DNA from: an uncultured archaeon
GTDB taxonomy: Archaea; Asgardarchaeota; Lokiarchaeia; Sigyniarchaeales; Promethearchaeaceae
Reading direction: 5' to 3'
Length of the DNA: 13,023 nt
Assembly (NCBI GenBank): GCA_964426185.1
Contig: CAYRPF010000082.1
Span: forward strand, 1 to 13,023
This document shows, one piece after another, positions 6,616 through 13,023 of this stretch; position 1 is the stretch's first letter; the number at the start of each line of letters is the position of its first letter. The position numbers and the translations under genes are program-made. Under the pieces are notes generated by a model. It was not told the origin of the DNA and made no database searches. It saw only the letters and a program-made list of their open reading frames with translations.

Positions 6616-8214
6616 TTACGGTTGTGCTGGCATTAATCGCTTAGCTAACCCATAAACCTTGGGTCTGTAATCATTCCGAACTTCTTCAGCTTTTTTTAAA
6701 TATTCAGCTGAACCATCGAAAGAATCTAAGATCTCCTCTACCACCGAATTTGCAGTTTTTACCAGTAAATCACCCCAAAAAGTTTTAATTTTTTCACTAA
6801 CGTTCGGGTCATCTAAATTCTCTTTTAGAAAATGCACTACTTTCTTTTCAAACGGAAGATGCAGTCGATTCCAGTAACTGGTGGTCGCTTGTTCCCTAAT
6901 TAATTTGAATCCACTGGAATTGCCTTTAGTATCACGAGGGTACAAATGTTTCAAAGATGTATTAATATAATACTCTACTAATTCTGCAGCATCAATTAAT
7001 TCTTGAATTATTTGGCCAGAATGTTCAGAAAAGACGATTTCCTTTGGAAGTGATAAGATAGAACGGCGCCAATTCTTTAATTTGGCTTTATCAGATTCGA
7101 GTACATATAAATTTAAGGAAACTCGCTCCAATTCTAGATCTTGAGAATCTTGGTTAATTTCTCCAAGTTGCTTAATTATTGTAGGACGATTGAATCGAAT
7201 GTGTGTTTTTTCATTTTCATAATCTTTTTCGGTTAATAGCATCAAGGGGCCGTAGTCACGCCAAAAATCCTTGCCAGGGGTATACCGAATAGGAAATCTA
7301 CCCTTTTTTGTGGTTCGATAAGCAACGTTTGGATCACGCCAGATATTGGCATCATCAACAAATTTCCAACCGGGTTTGAATACGATTTGCTTTACCAAAA
7401 TTTGATTGGGCTCATTAGAATACCTACAAACACCCTTCTCTTTCATCGGAGTCAAAACACAATAACGCGGCATCCAGGTTAAACCGTGGAGATATGAAGT
7501 TACCATTTTAATTGCCTTAGATTCTACAAATTCATTTGAACGCCACGGAACTTCAAAGGGTTCAGCAGGAAAATCTGTATAGCCCGTATATGTATTTAAT
7601 AGAAGTGTTTGAAAAAGGTTTTTACCCTCTATCAATTCATAAATCGGCGGAGTTCCGTTAATACTTGGTGAGAACCCGACACCCCCCGCGGTACTAAAGG
7701 CAGGCAAAGCACATAAAGCTCGAGCGCAAATTTTTGCACTGACTGCGATTTCATCTTCAAAAAAATGATGAAAAAATATAGGATTAATCCCAGATGGTAA
7801 ATGGTGGAAGAGCTTACACACCGATCTTAAATCCTTTTTTTCTATATTATGAGGAGATCCTTGGTAAAAAGGATGCTCGGGATCAAAAAGATCGAAGCGA
7901 TTTTTAATCGATATCAATTCATTTGGAATTGTTTCGTCAAATTCCCCTCTTTCCAGAAGGTCTTTGAGATCTTCCAAGTTTGAGATTTTGTAACAATCCA
8001 TGATAAGGGCAATAAGGAATCGGTATATCCCAAATTCATGCTCAGGTGAAGCATCTTGGATCTGTTTTATATGATGAGCATGCCGGAAAACTTCGATGAT
8101 ATTAAGCTCCCTTGATTTTCCTGTCTCGTCTAAAATCGGAATCCAAGCTTCTTCCAGTAGGTTAAAATGCACTTCAGGAAGTTCTACAGTGTTGTTAGTC
8201 ATTTTTTTCACCAC
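6616..8214 (-). CDS. cas8e: Type I-E Cascade large subunit Cas8e (Cse1/CasA)
   Basis: FNLLEEAWIP, RFDLFDPEHPFYQ, ARAL, GG.G...S, G.NLFQTLLLN, TW.PR, DP and WRD motifs. Likely start is the ATG at 8202 (GGTGA upstream). Confidence 0.96.
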   Translation of the reverse strand: MVKKMTNNTVELPEVHFNLLEEAWIPILDETGKSRELNIIEVFRHAHHIKQIQDASPEHEFGIYRFLIALIMDCYKISNLEDLKDLLERGEFDETIPNELISIKNRFDLFDPEHPFYQGSPHNIEKKDLRSVCKLFHHLPSGINPIFFHHFFEDEIAVSAKICARALCALPAFSTAGGVGFSPSINGTPPIYELIEGKNLFQTLLLNTYTGYTDFPAEPFEVPWRSNEFVESKAIKMVTSYLHGLTWMPRYCVLTPMKEKGVCRYSNEPNQILVKQIVFKPGWKFVDDANIWRDPNVAYRTTKKGRFPIRYTPGKDFWRDYGPLMLLTEKDYENEKTHIRFNRPTIIKQLGEINQDSQDLELERVSLNLYVLESDKAKLKNWRRSILSLPKEIVFSEHSGQIIQELIDAAELVEYYINTSLKHLYPRDTKGNSSGFKLIREQATTSYWNRLHLPFEKKVVHFLKENLDDPNVSEKIKTFWGDLLVKTANSVVEEILDSFDGSAEYLKKAEEVRNDYRPKVYGLAKRLMPAQP

Positions 8215-8374
8215 TTTATTTTTTATTTAAAAAATTGGATACAATATAAAAAATATTATGTTAGCATAATTGAAATCTTATTGTTTTATAATTACATGAG
8301 TGCTTACAAGTATTTTTTAACAATTTTGTTGCAATATTTTCATCTTTTTTCTTCATTATTAATTTAAGCCACCA
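8215..8374 (-). promoter_or_regulatory. cas3-cas8e intergenic region, probable Cascade operon promoter
   Basis: 160 bp, very AT-rich. TATA-like TTTTTATA (minus, about 8252-8245). Short inverted repeats ATTATG-TTAG-CATAAT (8255-8270) and AACAA-TT-TTGTT (8319-8330). Same position as the E. coli casA promoter. Confidence 0.45.
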
Positions 8375-11300
8375 TTACTTAATCTTTTGAACAATAAAAC
8401 CTTCTTCTTTTGTATATTTAAGTTTTACTAATTCATCTTCCTTATTTATTCCCTCCCAAATTAAGCTGTCTGATGAACCGGTTGGTTCGGACTTCGCGAT
8501 AATTACGAAGTAGCCATACATCCATTTTGGAGTCCGACAAATGGGTTCATATCCTTGCTCTGGTTTAACATTTTCAATGCTGGAGTACCTGATAGATAAG
8601 GAACGATTCAAAAGTTCCTCTTTCCATTTCTTCGAAACTCCTGTTTTATTTTCCAATTGGGTATATTTTTGATGAATCAAGCTTCCTTCTTCGATCAAAA
8701 TTACCGCACACGAATCTTCAATTAATCGAGTTTTTGCTTTAAATTTGGATTTTGTTTCATGATCTTCACCTTCTTCGAATGCATCTCGATAAACCTCCGC
8801 ATAACGATATGAATCCCTAACTGGAGGGGGAATTAAATATTGAAGTGTTTGTCTACTGGATTTTTCTTCACTTTCTTTGTATTTTCTAAAAAGATCGTTT
8901 AATTCACTCTGGACTGATGAGAGATAACAAGGTTTAGCACCACGAGGAGATGGAGGGAACGATATTTTCGGTTGATAAACCCGTTCAATCAATTCTCTTA
9001 GGTCTTGGGGAAATTTCACTTCAAATTGAAAACCGTTCTGAGTCAAAGCATCGAGTAAAATTTGGGTTCGAATGAGTAGGTACGGTGAATAAACATAACG
9101 AGACTTTCCGGTGATTTTCAAAATTTTTCCCGAAGTCTTTGATAAATCTGTCGAAACTGACGAATCTAACGAATCTGATGCATTATTCAACCATGATTTT
9201 TCATTGATAATAGGTCCAAAATAAAAAAATTCCCAAAATTCATCAGCCGAATTATCTTCAACAATTTTTCTTCCAACCGTATTATTTTGGGAGAAAGAAG
9301 CCCCAAAAATGAATATGCACGGAAAAGGATAAAGAGATGCAGTTGGTCGATTTTGGCGAGAATGTCGCCATACCCTTCCCATTCTTTGAACCAATAAATC
9401 GATTGGAGCCAATTCAGTAAACATCCCATCAAAATCTAAATCTAAACTCTGTTCAACTACCTGAGTTGCAACTAAAATTGTATTTGCAGGCCGAATAAGC
9501 TTTCCATCACCATTGTTTTCTGATAAAGCCTTCCCAAAATATTTTTTAACCTGATTTTCGATTAAATTGCGATCTTTGACTGTATAACGGCTGTGAAAAA
9601 GCAATACTTGGGTATTTTTCGGAACCCAAGACTCTCTTAACGAAGAACTTCCATCTAATACTTCTTTTAACATCTTGTAGAGTTCTTGTGCTGTTGAAAC
9701 AGTGTTTATCAGAACGCAGTGACATCCAAAATTCTTCTCGTGTTCGGGAACATCTTGACTTTTTAGTATTTTATATAAAGTATTCACGATAACGGAACCC
9801 ATTCGAAATACATTACCTTCTGTTCCAGGTAAATTACAAATACGATAGGTTTTTTGTTCCAGAGAAATCGAGGGATCTTCGGTAAGACTGCCAATATTTC
9901 CCTCACTATCCACAAATGAAATCATAGGATAAGGTTCTAATGGAATATCCGAGCCAGACTCTGGTATTTCAAGTAATTCATCATTTTTTTGACCAATACT
10001 TTGATTTGAGTGAAATTGTTGATCTAAACCATTTAAAACACCATCTAAAACACTATCTAAAACACCATATTTTTGTTTGGCTTCTAAATAATGATTAAAT
10101 ATGTGCTCCTTTTTATTTTCAGGAAGTGTAGCCGAGAGAAGAATCAAAGGAATATCTAATACTGCAGCCCATTCTAACAAACGGTCGAAGATTTCCATCA
10201 TATAGGCATCGTAGGCGTGAACCTCATCAACAATTAATATTTTTCCGGCTAATCCTAATAATCTGAGAAATCCGAATTTTACGTTTAAAACTGACATTAA
10301 TGATTGATCAATAGTACCTACTGCCAAAGGGCTTAATAGGGCACGCCTTTTCGGCTCAAACCAACGAATTGCATCAAAATAATCTTGCATGACATCTTGA
10401 TGATGAGGATCAATAGAACCAAAGACATCAGATTTGGTCATTGTCAACTTATCTACGATCCACGAACGCCCATGCACTAATTGATTGTAAAAAGTAAAAA
10501 ATCGAAAAGCGGGATTGGAATTTTTTAAAAATTCTTGAATCCGGTGATACATCTGATTCGACGTAGCCGTTGTAGGTAAAGCTATATAAAAGCCAGAAAG
10601 ATACGATTGCCTTGAATTTCTTCCTGCCACCATCATTTTACCTGCAATGGTTAGGGCAGCTTCAGTTTTTCCATCACCCATTGGAGCCTCGAGAATCACT
10701 ATTTTTTCCTGTCCAGTTAGCCTATCCGACAATTTCTGAATGGGGAATAGATTTGTGAAATTATTTTGCGCAAAAAGAGTTCTCAATGTAACATTTTCCG
10801 GTAAAAAATCGGAAAAACGGGTAATAAAACCCATTTTCTCTAAAACTGCCTTCGCTTGCACACGGGCTTCTTCAATATGTTGCTGCAAAATCTCTTTCAA
10901 ATCTCCTTCCGAAGGAATCTGGTTGAGACTTTGCCAGTGAAATAATTCCTCATTGGATGCAAGCCAATCCGCCAAAACTAAAAGACTTTGCAGCGATATT
11001 CCCACGATACTTGCATGTTTAATCTGAATTTTATTCCAAACATTTGGGTGGCAATCTAAAATCTCTAGAAAAAGGTTCCAAATATTTTGACGAATAGATC
11101 TCCACTCATTTTTAATAACTTGATGCTCTTCACTGTTTTGAACATCAAAGCGCCCATGATGACCTAAAATAATTTTTCGAATTATTGATTTCACTCGCCT
11201 GGGAATTTGGTAAGAAGAAGATAAATCACTAAAAAGTTTCATTCCTAAACCTGGATGATTGCTCTTTTCAGAAGTAAAATTTATGGGAAATCCATAGCGT

Positions 11301-11749
11301 TCCAAGGCAGTTGTAATTATACTTCCCCCGCGATTTTGAAAGTGGGGAGATATTTTCCCCAAATCGTGCATGGCAAATAAGAACCAAACAAATGATTGCA
11401 CCTCTTTTTCCTCGCTGAAATTATTCTTCTCAAAAGAAATATTATTATTACTATGCAAATGAGATGAAAAATCCTCCAAGCGAATCAATTGCCAGATCTT
11501 ATTAAAAACACTCCGAAAGGCACTTATTCTTGCCAATTCTTGCCCAAATACCATTACATCTGCCATATGATAAACAGCAGGATAAAAATCATATAAAGAA
11601 TTTGGAGTATCACCAGTGGTTTTTCCCCAAAGACTTAACAAACTCAGGCCGTTTGTATTGAAACTCACTTTTGTTCTCCGTGATTTTATCTTACCTATAG
11701 AGATCCGATTTGCATTTTTAAATTCATCGCTTCTTTGTTCATTATCCAT
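8375..11749 (-). CDS. cas3: CRISPR-associated HD nuclease/SF2 helicase Cas3
   Basis: HD domain: LWGKT, HMADV, HDLGK, GHHG, LADWLAS. Helicase: APMGDGKTEAA, LPT, DEVH, SAT, HSR, ATQVVEQSLDLDFD, QRMGRVWRH. All motifs intact. The true start may be the GTG at 11668 (GGAG upstream). Confidence 0.98.
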   Translation of the reverse strand: MDNEQRSDEFKNANRISIGKIKSRRTKVSFNTNGLSLLSLWGKTTGDTPNSLYDFYPAVYHMADVMVFGQELARISAFRSVFNKIWQLIRLEDFSSHLHSNNNISFEKNNFSEEKEVQSFVWFLFAMHDLGKISPHFQNRGGSIITTALERYGFPINFTSEKSNHPGLGMKLFSDLSSSYQIPRRVKSIIRKIILGHHGRFDVQNSEEHQVIKNEWRSIRQNIWNLFLEILDCHPNVWNKIQIKHASIVGISLQSLLVLADWLASNEELFHWQSLNQIPSEGDLKEILQQHIEEARVQAKAVLEKMGFITRFSDFLPENVTLRTLFAQNNFTNLFPIQKLSDRLTGQEKIVILEAPMGDGKTEAALTIAGKMMVAGRNSRQSYLSGFYIALPTTATSNQMYHRIQEFLKNSNPAFRFFTFYNQLVHGRSWIVDKLTMTKSDVFGSIDPHHQDVMQDYFDAIRWFEPKRRALLSPLAVGTIDQSLMSVLNVKFGFLRLLGLAGKILIVDEVHAYDAYMMEIFDRLLEWAAVLDIPLILLSATLPENKKEHIFNHYLEAKQKYGVLDSVLDGVLNGLDQQFHSNQSIGQKNDELLEIPESGSDIPLEPYPMISFVDSEGNIGSLTEDPSISLEQKTYRICNLPGTEGNVFRMGSVIVNTLYKILKSQDVPEHEKNFGCHCVLINTVSTAQELYKMLKEVLDGSSSLRESWVPKNTQVLLFHSRYTVKDRNLIENQVKKYFGKALSENNGDGKLIRPANTILVATQVVEQSLDLDFDGMFTELAPIDLLVQRMGRVWRHSRQNRPTASLYPFPCIFIFGASFSQNNTVGRKIVEDNSADEFWEFFYFGPIINEKSWLNNASDSLDSSVSTDLSKTSGKILKITGKSRYVYSPYLLIRTQILLDALTQNGFQFEVKFPQDLRELIERVYQPKISFPPSPRGAKPCYLSSVQSELNDLFRKYKESEEKSSRQTLQYLIPPPVRDSYRYAEVYRDAFEEGEDHETKSKFKAKTRLIEDSCAVILIEEGSLIHQKYTQLENKTGVSKKWKEELLNRSLSIRYSSIENVKPEQGYEPICRTPKWMYGYFVIIAKSEPTGSSDSLIWEGINKEDELVKLKYTKEEGFIVQKIK
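10022..10066. repeat. 12-bp in-frame tandem repeat in cas3 (encodes GVLD-SVLD-GVLN-GLD)
   Basis: ATTTAAAACACC (10031), ATCTAAAACACT (10043), ATCTAAAACACC (10055) and a 9-bp partial ATCTAAACC (10022). Confidence 0.85.
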
Positions 11750-11751
11750 TT

Positions 11752-11795
11752 AACAAGTTTATAAATGATTATTTGAAAATATTCAAACATGATTA
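11752..11795. promoter_or_regulatory. Candidate bidirectional promoter/operator between cas3 and the mini-array
   Basis: Palindromic TATA-like TTTATAAA (11758-11765), inverted repeat TTTGAA-AATA-TTCAAA (11772-11787) and flanking direct repeat ATGATTA (11765-11771, 11789-11795). Confidence 0.5.
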
Positions 11796-11884
11796 ATTCT
11801 CCCCACGCATGTGGGAGTGTACCATGAAGCATACTATCTATTGAAAGGGATATTAAATTCTCCCCACGCATGTGGGGGTGTACC
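11796..11884 (+). CRISPR. Single-spacer CRISPR mini-array, divergent from cas3 and inverted relative to the main array
   Basis: Repeat 11796-11823 (one G>A change at 11816) and perfect repeat 11857-11884. The 33-bp spacer 11824-11856 is ATGAAGCATACTATCTATTGAAAGGGATATTAA. Same 61-bp period as the main array; no third repeat 61 bp away on either side. Confidence 0.95.
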
Positions 11885-12145
11885 AAGTTGTCTTTGCTTA
11901 TTCTAGAAATATGGCTCGGGAAGAATCGATTTCAAATTTAGATATGCAGAGTAGTTTATCATAAAAAATACACGTATTGACTTAATAAATATAAAAATTG
12001 AGAAAAAGCAGCAGACTAATTCAATATCAAGACTAACTTCGACAACTTGTATTGCAATAAGAATAAAAGGTTGGGATTTCGGATTTAAAAATAACTGGGG
12101 ATGAATTCATTGAATAAAAGCTTCGATAAAAAGACAAATCGAAAT

Positions 12146-13023
12146 TTATTCACTGGAATTAAAAACTTCTTTTGCCTTTTTTTGGATTTTTTTCTGGGCT
12201 TTTCTATCATTGTGATAATATGCAACAAGAATCCGATGATGTGTGGATAAATTTCTTATGGAAGAATTTCGTCTATTTTGTAGATATTCAATATATATCC
12301 CTGATGGTCTTTTCTTTAAAATTCGAATTGATTTGAAATCTTGTTCTTCATCGATAGACGGGGTGAGCGGATGAGTTATTCTTATTGGTTTTCCAGGATC
12401 ATGCCTCAGAAATGACCAATGATGTGAAATTTCAGAATCTTGTTGGAATTCGTTAAATAATATGTTCTCTTTTTCACATATTTCGCCCTTTTTAATTTGC
12501 TTTTCAGATATTTTTGTAAATAAATCAAATTTAAAACAATTTTTAATAGGTGTTCGTCTTCTTATTGTATCATATAAGTAATTTAATTCTTCAATTTGTG
12601 ATTGGTTTAGCCCGGTATTTGTTTTTTGTTTTAATATTTCTTGAATGGTTGTGAAAAATGAAGCTTCGGTTATTCTACAAAATTCATTCTCATACCAATC
12701 AGCATCTTTCGTTTTAAAATCCTCCTTTGCAGGTAGAATAAAACCATTGGTAAGGTTTGGATTTGATTTCTGGATATAATTTTGATACAATTTATGAAGA
12801 ACTAAATCATAACATACTGAGGTTTTGTGGATATAAACAATTTTATACATCTGATATCTCGAATATAAAAAATCTTCCAAAGCATCTTGAGATTTTTCAG
12901 AATAACATATTTTATTTTCATAAAGATTAACGAATTTACATATTCTATTAATATCAATATTCCCATAAGGTACTCCTGCAAAATAAGAATCTCGTAACAA
13001 ATAGTCCAATCGATCTGCATCTG
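12146..13023 (-). CDS. HD-superfamily phosphohydrolase (dNTP triphosphohydrolase/SAMHD1-like), C-terminal part; 5' end lies outside the window
   Basis: The frame is open to the window edge and reads DADRLDYLLRDSYFAGVPYG...RYQMYKIVYIHKT, the conserved post-HD motifs of this family. The listed start at 13009 is an internal TTG (Leu). Confidence 0.85.
   Translation of the reverse strand, partial: DADRLDYLLRDSYFAGVPYGNIDINRICKFVNLYENKICYSEKSQDALEDFLYSRYQMYKIVYIHKTSVCYDLVLHKLYQNYIQKSNPNLTNGFILPAKEDFKTKDADWYENEFCRITEASFFTTIQEILKQKTNTGLNQSQIEELNYLYDTIRRRTPIKNCFKFDLFTKISEKQIKKGEICEKENILFNEFQQDSEISHHWSFLRHDPGKPIRITHPLTPSIDEEQDFKSIRILKKRPSGIYIEYLQNRRNSSIRNLSTHHRILVAYYHNDRKAQKKIQKKAKEVFNSSE

Noticed and set aside
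8167-8367. 66-aa plus-strand ORF across the cas3-cas8e gap, considered as a possible small toxin or regulator
   Set aside because: Its F/Y/I/L-rich composition is what AT-rich non-coding DNA yields. It overlaps the cas8e start in antisense and has no RBS.
1918-10940. Short ORFs nested in or antisense to cas genes (1918-2157, 2263-2451, 2346-2528, 3062-3313, 4398-4646, 5205-5420, 5936-6118, 9187-9432, 10740-10940)
   Set aside because: All lie within well-supported cas CDSs in other frames and show no protein-family features.
11695-11886. 63-aa minus-strand ORF
   Set aside because: A translation of the CRISPR repeats (VHPHMRGE, LPHAWGE); a typical array artefact.
12013-12048. Weak direct repeat AGACTAA(T/C) about 17 bp apart
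   Set aside because: Too short and degenerate in AT-rich DNA, and unrelated to the CRISPR repeat.
12802-13020. 72-aa minus-strand ORF
   Set aside because: Alternative frame inside the HD-domain gene, whose own frame carries the conserved motifs.
1-13023. Transposon-associated (CAST-like), HNH-fused or nuclease-dead I-E variant; tRNA/rRNA; IS element; full self-targeting
   Set aside because: No transposase or Tns gene, Cas5 and Cas8 have no extra nuclease domain, Cas3 catalytic motifs are intact, no RNA-gene signatures were seen, and none of the three spacers has a full-length match in the window by eye.

Overview
AT-rich window holding a complete type I-E CRISPR-Cas locus on the minus strand: cas3-cas8e-cas11-cas7-cas5-cas6e, then a 434-bp gap, then cas1-cas2, a leader and the start of a CRISPR array (28-bp repeat ATTCTCCCCACGCATGTGGGGGTGTACC, 33-bp spacers) that runs off the left edge. 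The right edge holds the 3' part of an HD-superfamily phosphohydrolase gene. Three things depart from a textbook I-E locus. (1) Cas2 is 392 aa: a normal Cas2e domain, a linker, an unassigned middle region and a C-terminal domain resembling a YprB/RNase_H_2-type DEDD exonuclease that seems to have lost most catalytic residues. (2) A second, single-spacer mini-array lies 46 bp upstream of cas3 in the opposite orientation, without the main leader but with its own candidate TATA box and operator. (3) The cas6-cas1 gap is structured, with a 16-bp tandem repeat, a perfect 21-bp palindrome and oligo-T tracts. GGTGA-type ribosome-binding sites, TATA-like boxes and oligo-T terminators suggest an archaeal host (possibly Asgard/Lokiarchaeia, which is inference only) carrying a mainly bacterial subtype.
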